A stretch of DNA of 64,000 nucleotides from Mizuhopecten yessoensis (taxonomy: Eukaryota), in the NCBI RefSeq assembly GCF_002113885.1, contig NW_018479984.1, positions 76,388 through 140,387 of the forward strand. Reading direction: 5' to 3'. Below the pieces are notes generated by a model, which ran no database searches, was not told the DNA's origin, and saw only the letters and a program-made list of their open reading frames with translations. A program made the translations under genes and the position numbers. This document shows positions 41,801 to 54,699 of the stretch, piece by piece (positions within the stretch are counted from its first letter, which is position 1; each line of letters begins with the position of its first letter).

Positions 41801-44800
41801 GTGATACAGAGTCTACAAACCATATCCCCGGTTTACACAGTCTAGCCACAATATACCCAGTCGTACACAGTATATCAATATAGTCTACACACACCATATT
41901 ACCCGTGTTACACAATCCACCGCCATATACCCGGTGTGATATAGTTTACACACCATATACCTCGTGTAACACAGTCTCCCCGCCATACACCCCGTGTTAC
42001 ACAGTCAACCACCATATACCCGGAGTTATATAGTCTACACTCCCTATACCCGGTGTTATAAAGGTTACGCACCATATACCCCGTGGTACACAGTCCCCCA
42101 CCATATCCCCCGAGTTACAGTCCAGCACCATATACCCGGTATTACACAGTCTACCAATAATAAGCCCGGTGTTATATAGCCTACACACCATATACCTGGT
42201 GTTTTATTGTCTTCACACCATATAACCCGGTGTTACACATACCCCGTGTTACAAAGTCTACCCATCATATACCCGGTGGTGGACTGTAACTCGGGGCATA
42301 TGGTGGTGGACTCTAACTCGGGGTATATGGGGGTGGACTGTAACTCGGGGTATATGGTTGTGGAATGTGTAACACGGGGTGTATGGGGGGTAGACTGTGT
42401 TACACGAGGGATATGGTGGTGGGCTGTGTAACACGGGGAATATGGTGTGTAGACCATATAACACTGAGTATATGGTTTGTAGACTTATGGTGGAGAACTG
42501 TGTAACACAGGGTATATGGTGGAGGACTGTGTAACAGGGGGTATATGGTGGGGGACCGTGTAACACGGGGTATGTGGTGGTGCACTGTAACTCGGGGTAT
42601 ATGGTTGTGGAATGTGTAACACGGGGTCTATCGTGTGTAGATTATATAACACTGAGTATATGGTTTGTAGACTCTGTATCACCGTGAATATAGTGGGTAT
42701 ATAGTGTGTAGACTATATGGTGGTGGACTCTAACTCGGGGTATATGGGGGAGAACCGTGTAACACGGGGGATATGGTGTTGGACTGTGTAACACAGCACT
42801 GGGTATTTCGTGTGTAGACTATAAAACAAGAGAGGTATGGCAGGGAGACTGTGTTTAACGGGGAATATGGTGCGTAGATTATATAACACTGTGTATATGG
42901 TGTGTAGTCTATATAACACCGTATACCCGGTGTTGTATAGTCTCCACACCATATACCCGATGTTATATAGTCTACATACAGTCTACACACAATAAACCCG
43001 GTGTTATATACTCTACACACCATATAACTCGTGTTAGACAGTCTACCAATAATAAGCCCGGTGTTATATAGTATATCAACCATATACTAGGGAGTCTACT
43101 CACGAAATACCCGTTGTTACATAGTCTACACACCATATGTGTTACACAGTCCAACACCATATACCCCGTGTTACACAGTTCTCCACCATATACCCCGAGT
43201 TACAGTCCACCACCATATACCCGGTGTTGTATAGTATACACACCATATACCCGGTGTTATATAGTTTAAAACACCATATACCCCGTGTTACACAGTCCAC
43301 CACCATATACCCGGTCTTATATAGTCTACACACCATATACCCGGTGTTATATAGTTTAAAACACCATATACCCCGTGTTACACAGTCCACCACCATATAC
43401 CCCGTGTTACACAGTTCTCCACCATATACCCCGTGTAACACAGTCCATCACCATATACCCCGTGTTACACAGTCCACAACCATATACCCCGTGTTACACA
43501 GTCCACCACCATATACCCCGTGTTACACAGTCCACAACCATATACCCCGTGTTACACAGTCCACCACCATATCCCCCGTGTAACACAGTCTACCCGCCAT
43601 ACACCCCGTGTTATATAGTCTACATACCAAATACCCAGTGTTATATAGTCTACACACCATATACCAAGTGTTATATAGTCTACACACCATATACCCCGTG
43701 TTACACAATCCACCACCATATACCCGGTGTTACATAGTCTACACACCATATACCCCGAGTTACACAGTCCACCACCATATACCCGGTGTTATATAGTCTA
43801 CACACCATATACCCCGTGTTACACAGTCCCCCACCATATACCTCGTGTAACACAGTCTACCCGCCATACACCCCGTGTTATATAGTCTACATACCAAATA
43901 CCTAGTGTTATATAGTCTACATACCAAATACCCAGTGCTATATAGTCTACCCGCCATAAACAACGTGTTACACAGTCCACCACCATATACCCGGTGTTAT
44001 ATAGTCTACACACCATATACCCCGTGTTACACAGTCCACCACCATATACCCCGTGTAACACAGTCTACCCGCCATACACCCCGTGTTATATAGTCTACAT
44101 ACCAAATACCCAGTGTTATATAGTCTACACACCATATACCAAGTGTTATATAGTCTACACACCATATACCCCGTGTTACACAATCCACCACCATATACCC
44201 GGTGTTACATAGTCTACACACCATATACCCCGAGTTACACAGTCCACCACCATATACCNAGTTACACAGTCCACCACCATCTACCCGGTGTTTTATAGTC
44301 TACACATCATATACCCCGTGTTACACAGTCCACCACCATATACCCCGTGTTACACAGTCTACCACCATATACCCCGTGTTACACAGTTCTCTACNTTGTT
44401 ACATAGTCCACCACCATATACCCGGTGTTGTATAGTGTACACACCATATACCCGGTGTTATATAGTCTACACACCATATACCCCTCGTTACACAGTCCAC
44501 AACCATATATCCCGTGTAACACAGTCTACCCGCCATACACACCGTGTTATATAGTCTACATACCAAATACCCAGTGCTATATAGTCTACCCACCATATAA
44601 CCCGTGTAATATAGTCTACATACCAAATACCCAGTGCTATATAGTCTACCCGCCAAAAACAACGTGTTACACAGTCCACCACCATATACCCGGTGGTATA
44701 TAGTCTAAACACCATATACCCGGTGTTACACAGTCTACCTGCAATATACACCGTGTAACACAGTCTACCTGCCATACACCTCTTGTTTTATAGTCTACAC

Positions 44801-46975
44801 ACGAAATACCCAGTGCTATATAGTCTACCCACCATATACCCCGTGTTATATAGTCTACACATCATATAACCCGTGTTACACAATCGACCACCATATTCCC
44901 GGTGTTACAGAGTCTACAAATTATATACCCGGTTTACACAGTCTAACCACAATATACCCAGTGTTACACAGTATATCAACCATATACTTAGTGGTAAATA
45001 GTCTACACACCATATACTCAGTGTTATATAGTCTACACACCATATACTCAGTGTTATATAGTCTACACACCATATACCCGGTGTTTTATAGTTTACACAC
45101 CATATAACCCGTGTTACACAGTCTACCAATAATATGCCCGGTGTTATATAGTCTACACACCATATACCCGGTGTTATATAGTTTACACACCATATACCCC
45201 GTGTNCACCACCATATACCCGGTCTTATATAGTCTACACACCATATACCCGGTGTTATATAGTTTACACACTATATAACCCGTGTTACACAGTCTACCAA
45301 TAATATGACCGGTGTTATATGGTCTACACACCATATACCCGGTATTACACAGTCTACACACCATATACCCGGTGTTATATAGCCTGCACACCATATACCC
45401 GGTGTTATATAGTTTCCACACCATATAACCCGTGTTACACAGTCTGCACACCATATACCCGGTGTTATATAGTCTGCCCACCATATACCCGGTGTTATAT
45501 AGTCTACACACCATATAACCCGTGTTACACAGTCTACCAATAATATGCCCGGTGTTATATGGTCTACACACCATATACCCGGTAATTACACAGTCTAGCC
45601 ATCATATAACCGTTGTAATATGGTCTAAACACCATATACCCGGTGTTATATAGTTTACACACCATATAACCCGTGTTACACAGTCTACCAATAATATGCC
45701 CGGTGTTATATTGTCTACACACCATATACCCGGTAATTACACAGTCTAGCCATCATATAACCGTTGTAATATGGTCTAAACACCATATACCCGGTGTTAT
45801 ATAGTTTACACACCATATAACCCGGTGTTACACAGTCTACCAATAATATGCCCGGTGTTATATGGTCTACACACCATATACCCGGTATTACACAGTCTAC
45901 ACACCATATACCCGGTGTTATGTAGTTTACAGACCACATATCCGGTGCTATATAGTCTACACACCATATACCCGGTAATTACACAGTCTAGCCATCATAT
46001 AACCGTTGTAATATGGTCTACACACCATATACCCGGTGTTATATAGTTTACACACCATATACCCGGTGTTATATAGTTTACACACCATATACCCGGTGTT
46101 ATATAGTTTACACACCATATAACCCGGTGTTACACAGTCTACCAATAATATGCCCGGTGTTATATAGTTTACACACCATATAACCCGTGTTACACAGTCT
46201 GCACACCATATACCCGGTGTTATATAGTCTGCACACCATATACCCGGTGTTATATAGTCTACACACCATATACCCGGTATTACACAGTCTACACACCATA
46301 TACCTGGTGTTATGTAATTTACAGACCATATATCCGGTGTTATATAGTCTACACACCATATACCCGGTATTACACAGTCTACACACCATATACCTGGTAT
46401 CACACAGTCTTCCCACCATATACCGGTGTTACACAATCTACCCACCACATGTTCGGTGTTACACAACAGTCTATCCACCATATACCCCGTGGTACACAGT
46501 CTACCAACGAATTACCCCGTTATGCACAGTCTACCCACCATATACCCCGTATTACACAGTCTACCAACGAAGTACCCCGTTATGCAGTCTACCCACCACC
46601 GTTATGCACAGTCTACCCACCATATACCCTGTGTTGCACAGTCTACCAACGAAATACCCCGTTATGCACAGTCTACCCACCATATACCCCATTATGCATA
46701 GTCTACCCACCATATACCCCGTGTTGCACAGTCTACCCGCGATATACTCCGTTTTTCAGTCTACCCACAAAATAACCCATGTTTCAGTCTACCCACCAAT
46801 TAACCCGTGTTTCAGTCTACCCTTCATATACACCGTGTTATAGTCTACCCACCAAATAGCCCGTGTTACAGTCTTCTCACCAAATAACCCGTGTTATAGT
46901 CTTCTCACCATATACCCCGTGTTACAGTCTTCTCACCAAATAACCCGTGTTATATTCTGCTCACTATATACCCGC
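38825..46975 (+). repeat. ~30-bp satellite, about 8.1 kb, with an internal inverted block
   Basis: Unit cccggtgttatatagtctacacaccatata and variants. Reverse orientation at about 42275-42924. Single Ns at 44259, 44395 and 45205. Confidence 0.98.
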
Positions 46976-49900
46976 GATACGATTTCCACGTGTACTTACC
47001 ATAAACCTTTGTTTCACAATGTGTCTCTATAACAGATGTGCGGCAGTCATTCACATCCCTTTAGTTTATTGTATTTAAGTTGCCACTACCAATCCTGTCG
47101 GTTAATTTAGATGTTTTTTTAGAATTTTAAAAACAAACTAAGAGAATTGTACATAAAAGACGACAGTTAACAACATGTTATAACGTTGTCATATGTGAAA
47201 AAATAAATCTTTCTCGAACTCGAAGACAAATGCCATTTTTTTTATCACAGGGAGTTCACGGACCATCTGTATAAATTTGCTCAATAATTGGACATATCCA
47301 ATTCATAAATCAATCTTTTACACACAAGGCCGACGTAAAATCAAGTTAACCTGTGGCAGAGTTAATGGTATCCCTCCCAAAATGACGTCATTATAGTGTA
47401 AAGTTACGTCATTGCGTTCCGTGCAGAGTGATATATATTCTGTTCACTACCTCTAAAAGCTGTTACTTACTGATTTATGAAACCATTGTATACGAACGAA
47501 TATTTAGACCTCTCCACACCACAAGTGGACTACATGTAGTGCAATATAACGTCTATAAATACATAACTGCCATGAACTGGAGTCATAGTTGAATTATAAA
47601 AAAAACACTATATATGAGACAGTCAATAGATCAACAAAAGGAATTTATGTTAGCACATATGTTACTGTACTTATCATTTCTGACATGCGCATGAATGTTT
47701 CTTGTTTTAAATGAACCGATATGTACGTTAAATCTCATCTACTGTACAGACAATAAAGGCGCTCTAACAATGACTCTCCGATTGATTATCATTTATAAAA
47801 ATAAAAGATACGTTTATCAACACTTCGTTTGTGGACCAGACAACGATACACATAGACAAATGGTCAAAGTATTGATAAACCAAGTTTTGATATAGACACA
47901 AGGCAGACTATCGCTACATTTATTTTATAGAACTTGGAAAGTACACACCCATACAATAGCGCTCCATTCCTTTCATTTATTTATTGACCCGCGATTCGTC
48001 TGTAGGGCGACACCTGGCGGTCAATGAAAACGATGTTAAACTGTTATTAAGAACTGAGTGTTACTCAAGTTAGGGTACATCGATGATTGTTTTATTTCTG
48101 TATTGTGTTTGAGTCAATTCAGACGTGTCATTATCGATTATAGCGAGACGAGAAAACTTCGTCTTCGGTTACTATACCCTTATTGGGGTTGCTGCAACCA
48201 TTCATTGACCTCAGTAAACTGCTATATAATATCACATTTGAATATAAGAATGCAATTTTATTTTTCAAAATCGTGACTAGTCTTAGGTGAAGTTGAGGTC
48301 AAGGCCGATGAGTATTAATTAGAATATCCATATCATTAGCACGGATCATGTTTTGAGAAATTATGCATCAGGAATATGTTAGCGATGTTTGCATTTCAAA
48401 AAAATTGTACTGTATATGTTATAGTATTTACCTACAATTCACTTTGTACGGTGTGAATGCATTGCAGGAGCAAAATCATGATAAATCAAAATCAGCTATC
48501 AACACTGAGGGTAACAATAGTTCGACATAATGTGACGGAACACTGGTATAAACACGTTCGATATATATATTTTTAGTAACAATTCGAAAGGTAGGTGTTT
48601 GTAACCTCGTGTTTATTGAAAGTATTAGAAATTCAGAAAGAAGATATTTCCCTTCGTATCAAAAATATGAAAACAGTTACTAAAGAATGGTTAAGATTTA
48701 TGTTTTTAGGATTCACCTCTGACGTTTGTAGATTTATAATAGAAAAAACCCTGGTTGTTCTGTTAGCTTGATTGGCAGTTACTGGCTATAGAACAAAACG
48801 ATTATTTCCAAATAAAGATATAAAGTCATTTTACATTAGCCTACTTGACAAAACAAAACCCCTTAAACTGTATTTGAGATACCATCCAGAGCAGGAAAAA
48901 CGACCGTATAACTAGACTACAGGTGTTCTCGGGACCCAAATACTCGGCAACCCCCGGGGTTGGCCTGGAACACTGACGGCGGCGAGAGAGAGCCGGCTAC
49001 TAATCAATGATCCAGCATTTGTCATCGAGAAGATACCGACAAAACCTAGATAGATCTACCCCTTTCCGCACGGAATGCAAGACGTCAGACCTGCACAAGA
49101 CTCTCCAAGTTCAACTGGCTTATTTTGAGTAGATTTGTCAGGTGTAAGGTCCCTTGATGGGCTGTGCGGTTTAATCATGTTGGATGTGTACATAACCTAC
49201 CTACATTGTAGTTGCGTGATGAACAACACCTAACCGGCTTAGTAGAAAGGGCAGTAAGCCACTGCTGGTCATCTTATATTAGAAATACTATTGTATGTCA
49301 GAAAAAAGAATACGAAGCATAAGAAATAAATAGTTTATGTAAAACGTAACATATTATAAGAAATGTATTGCGATATGTGTTATGCCCCTCGCTGATTAAT
49401 GAGAAATTTCCCAATTTTTCCCTCTTTTATTATAGTAAACAAATGTTTCTTTTCTGAAATATTGTTTCATGAAAAATATCATGATAGATACCCAAACGTA
49501 ATATTATATCTCAAGCTGCAGTGAAAAACATTTTCGTGGCAGAATTCCTTCAGTTTGTGTACGGAAGAAAACTCCAATGAGGGTCATGTTTTGCCATGGT
49601 TTAAAACAACGACAGTCGGCTCTAAGCGATTACAGTTATTTTGAAACTGGATCAAGACAAATCTAAATCATAGTATCTCCGAATGGCGATAGATGAAACG
49701 AAACTCAGTTGCCATTGTTTATTGTGTTTCACTTTTGCTAATCCAATAATTCTGTAGATACCTACTTATCTTCATCTTATCAGCACTGGATTTGCTGAAA
49801 GAGGTAAGATAGAGTTTTAAATAGCCCAAATACCCGTATTAAGGAATAATCGTCTCGTGCAGTGGAAAACCGACCTTCACAAAACCCAGTCTACATTATC

Positions 49901-50181
49901 TTCTTGTTTAGAGAGTATTAGTTGATGTTGACAAAAGATTTGACACCAGACGGCGCCCCGGTCCGGCTCACGCCACACGACTAAAGGAGAAGTGCAGTAA
50001 GGAGCCATTTTAATACGTCATACCTAGGGTTGTCTACCGTCAGACATCAGTGTGAACAATTCTGTTTTTTAGAATGAAAAATACAAAACATTAAAATGTA
50101 GCATGAACACAAACCAACAATACATTGGTTCTGACCTTCATCATACATGTTCAACCACCGTCCAACATCATACTATATAAA

Positions 50182-50360
50182 CTTGAATTGAATTGAATTG
50201 AATAGAATCTTATATGAGTTTCCATTTCATATGAGAAACAAGTCTAAGAATTTTTCAATTTAGCGAGCCTCTGACGAGCTAAAATAAAAGGTTTGTGACG
50301 AGTTTCATAAATTTCATATGAAATAAAAAAAAAAGTGTAAGATCCTTTTTATCACATAAT
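50182..50360. mobile_element. MITE-like or Helentron-type non-autonomous remnant with inverted repeats
   Basis: (TTGAA)4 followed by agaatcttatatgagtttccatttcatatga ... tcatatgaaataaaaaaaaaagtgtaagatcct, an imperfect inverted pair around a central tttagcgagcctctgacgagctaaa. Confidence 0.5.
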
Positions 50361-51944
50361 CAAGATTTTTGGGATTTATTCGAGTAAAACGATAATTTTC
50401 ATGCAACCTTAAAATGTAAAAAGCGCCATTTTGACTCCAGTGCGTAAGTTTGTCATGTAATTGTCCTAGGCGTGACGTCACAATTGAAACCAATTGAAAC
50501 TAACAACCAATCACAGGGCTGAAAGGTCATATTGCATGGGTTAATACGCAAAAAATATGACATGGGTTTATTCACTAGATAACACAGTACATTATATGTA
50601 ATATATAAAACATAGGAAACATATTCCTACGCCATAACAGGTACTACTTTTATTTACCATACCACATGACAAATTTATTGTTATTTAAAATGAATTTGAA
50701 ATATAATTTTGTCATTATCATTTTGATTGCTTTTAAAGCTCTCCATTATCAAAATATCTGGAACTTCTTTGCCCTGCGCGGAACGACAATACTATGATCG
50801 GAGTACTTTGGTTTTGACCAATATGGAGTCAACCTACAACGCAGATTTGTGTTTGCTGGTATTTTTTTATTCTAATTATGAATGCTATGTGATAAATATA
50901 CGTTTACTTTCGTATCCATGTCATAATAAATTGATTAAAGTCTTTCAATAGTTTGATTTGAAACTCGCCTAAAAGCACGTGTCATATTAAATTATTGAAC
51001 TCGTTAAATAAATTCAGCATGCCATTGACACCAACATTGTATATAAGATCTCTATAATTAATACACTAACACCAGGTATACACTGGCCGACCGACTTTAT
51101 AGATGATATATATACACAATCAATCGTTAGGGTGGTCCGAGATCTTGTCAATAAATATTTGTCGGAATGGGGAGTTTAAAAGTTCCCGAAACAGATCATA
51201 CAGTCGTCTTAATTGCTCTGTCACAAAGAACTCTCTAAATGACTTATTTAGAAAACAAACAAAAATTAAAACAAAAATAAAACTCAAGCATGGCAATGTA
51301 ACAATTCGATTTCGTTGACGTTAGACTTGGAGTTATGTGTTGTGTCACTATTATGATCCATTCTCCAACTAAAAATGCTGACTTGTGTTTTCTTTGAAAA
51401 ACAAAACCCACAAAAATATCAACGATCTATCATTCAACGTCATTTCCTGTCAGAAAAAAAACATGATTAAAGTAAACAAATCCGGAATTCATGTTTGTAT
51501 ATGCACATTTATGCACATTATGACATTTCAAAATTGATTTGATAAAATGTGATGTGATAAAAACGATATCGATTGATGATCAAAACAAAATATTTCTTTG
51601 ATAGCTAGCTATATTACGCCTGAAGGCTTCATTTGTATTAAGTGCACGCGTCTGGTATTCGTTTTTAGAACAAGTCATTTATTGTCAAGAGTCAATTACA
51701 ATACAATCTGACACAGCCCATCAATATTAGCATGTTAGCGAAAAATAATTAACCTGCTGTATCCCACTGCATAACTGTACGAGGCGACTAATGAGGGAAT
51801 TCTACACAGTCTATGGGGTTTCCGCTAAGCTTCCTTCCTGTGGTCACATCTGAGAACAACAGATCTGCTGTCCCTATTTCTGTTCTTTCTAGTCGACTAG
51901 TTTGAGTGGTGTCTCTCTGGACACTCTTGGTTACTCAGCACATC

Positions 51945-52290
51945 ACTGGTTACTCAGGACACCCATGGTTACCCAGGATACCCTTGGTTACCCATGACAC
52001 CCATGTTACACAAGACACCCCTGGTTCCTCAGGACACCCATGGTTACCCAGGACACCCATGGTTACCCAGGACACCCATGGTTACCCAGGACACCCATGG
52101 TTCCTCAGGATAGCCCTAGTTCCTCAGGACACCAATGGTTACCCAGGACACCCATGGTTACTCAGGATACCCCTGGTTCCTCAGGACACCCCTGGTTACC
52201 CAGGACAATCCTAGTTACCCAGGACACCCATGGTTACCCAGGACACCCATGGTTACTCAGGACACCCCTTGTTCCTCAGGACACCTCTGG
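51945..52290 (+). repeat. 19-bp GC-rich minisatellite, about 18 copies
   Basis: Unit ggttacccaggacacccat. Confidence 0.96.
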
Positions 52291-52819
52291 TCACCAAGTT
52301 CATCATGCCACGCTTCCATGTCAAAGTCAAGACATGTTAGTGTGTAGGTACAATAGACTTGCCCTTAACTGACCCCGCCATTTTATAACACCGTTGTACG
52401 TTGATCTTAGCTGGTACTATGACGTACAACAAAAAAGAACCATTTCGTACAAGGATTATTTACCTTACGGAAAACTATGGGACTTAAACAAGGCTACTAT
52501 ACATTGATTTGTACCAATTTCATATATCACGAAGGCCAATAGTTTCAATGATACTATTATCACATAGTATTGATGAGAAATAAAAGGCAAGGCAACATGC
52601 ATAGCACGAAACCTTTTACATAAACATGAAACATAAAGCAATACATATACCAATGTATAGAAAAGTGTGTGATGGGAATTGTACACACTAACAACCATTA
52701 CATGTCTAAAAGGATCAAACAGGTTGGCTGAAGGCTATGAAGAGTGAACCGTCCATTCGTCACACCAACAAACATACAACCTCCTACCCCCACTCTCATA
52801 GCCCAACTCGCCCTCACAC

Positions 52820-53010
52820 AGCCCATCCTCCCAACAAACAGCCACACATTACTGTCATAATAATAACAGTGCAACGGTGGCAATTGAAAACAGCCAATAC
52901 TTTTCATTTCTGATCTTCATTCACATCCCCACAGGGATGGTAAATTTCATTAAATCACATGTATTTTCCCATCTTAACAACCCAACCCTCGGCACCCAAC
53001 CCTTCTCCCC
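52820..53010 (+). repeat. ~190-bp direct repeat, left copy
   Basis: gcccatcc..ccaacaaacagccacaca...actgtcataataataacagtgca...ccaatacttttcatttctgatcttcattcacatccccacag...ctcggcacccaacccttctccc is repeated at 54502-54699. Confidence 0.93.
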
Positions 53011-54502
53011 GCCCCCACACACAATCCATTCTACCACCACACTCCAGCCCACCCCGCCCACACACACTCCACTCTACCCCGTCCACTCTACCCTCACACT
53101 CACAGCTCACCCCACCCACACACAATCCACCCTTATACAACTATACACAGTCCATCCTACCCCTACACAGCCTACCCTACCCCCACACTCCAGCCCACCC
53201 CGCCCACACACACTCCACTCTACCCCGTCCACCCTACCCTCACACTCACAGCTCGCCCCACCCATACACAATCCACCCTTATACAAGTATACACAGTCCA
53301 TCCTACCATCACACTCCAGCCCACCCCGCCCACACACACTCCACCCTATCCCTACACCGTCCACCCTACCCCCACACTCACAGCTCACCCCACCCACACA
53401 CAATCCATCCTTATACTACTATACACAGTCCATCCTACCACCACACTCCAGCCCATCCCTACACCGTCTACCCTACCCCCACACTCACAGTTCAGCCTAC
53501 CAACACACAATCCACGCTTATACTACTATACACAGTCCATCCTACAGTCCATCCTACCCCCACACTCACAGCTCACCCCACCCACACACAGTCCATCCTA
53601 CCACACAATCCACCCTACTCCTACACAGTCCACCATACCCCCATACTCACAGCCCACCCTACCCACACACAGTCCATCCTAACCCTACACTCACATCCCA
53701 CCCCACCCACACACAATCCACCCTACCCCTACACAGTCCACCATACCCCCATACTCACAGCCCACCCTACCCACACACAGTCCATCCTAACCATACACTC
53801 ACAGCCCACCCTTCCCACACACAATCCACCCTGATACTACTATACACAGTCCATCCTATACCCACACTCACAGCCCACCCAACCCACACACAATCCACCC
53901 TATCCCTACACCGTCCACTCTACCCCCACACTCACTGCCCACCCCACCCACACACAATCCACCCTACCCCTACACAGTCCACCCTACCCCCACACTCACA
54001 GCTCACCCCTACCACACACAATCCACCCTACCCACACACAGTCCATCCTAACCCTACACACAGCCCACCCTACCCCCACACTCACAGCTCACCCCACCCA
54101 CCCACAATCCACCCTTATACTACTATACACAGTCCATCCTACCCCTACACAGTACACCATACCCCCACACTAACAACTCACCCCACCCACCCACAATCCA
54201 CCCTACCACCACACTCACAGCCCATCCAACCCACACACACTACCCCCTGCCCCTACACAGTCCACCCTACCCCCACACTCACAGCTCACCCTACCCACAC
54301 ACAATCCATCCTTATACTACTATACACAGTCCATCCTACCCCCACACTAACAACTCACCCCACCCACCCACAGTCCATCATAACCCTACACACAGCCCAC
54401 CCTACCCCCACACTTACAACTCACCCCACCCACCCACAGTCCATCCTAACCCTACACACAGCCCACCCCGCCCCCACACAGTCCATCTTAACCCTACACA
54501 CG
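53010..54502 (+). repeat. C/A-rich composite low-complexity repeat (G/T-rich on the minus strand)
   Basis: Recurring modules cacacagtccaccctacccc, cacactcacagctcacccc and ttatactactata; very few G on the plus strand. Confidence 0.95.
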
Positions 54503-54699
54503 GCCCATCCTTCCAACAAACAGCCACACACCTATATTCTACTGTCATAATAATAACAGTGCAGCATTGGCAAGTAAAAACATCCAATACTTTTCATTTC
54601 TGATCTTCATTCACATCCCCACAGTGATGATAAATTTCATTAAATCACATGTGTTTTCCCATTTTAACAACCTCTACCTCGGCACCCAACCCTTCTCCC
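54502..54699 (+). repeat. ~190-bp direct repeat, right copy
   Basis: Same-orientation diverged copy of 52820-53010 with a small insertion (cctatattc). Confidence 0.93.

Noticed and set aside
39511-46843. Dozens of short overlapping ORFs
   Set aside because: Products of the 30-bp satellite, with frequent stops and indels.
51906-52372. G-x-P-rich, collagen-like ORFs
   Set aside because: The 19-bp repeat is open in all three frames, with no Gly-X-Y periodicity.
52877-54550. 557-aa P/T/H/S-rich extensin- or mucin-like ORF
   Set aside because: GTG start; the C/A-only composition makes stops rare; a second frame is also open for 291 codons; module lengths do not keep frame. Not excluded without RNA data, but unsupported.
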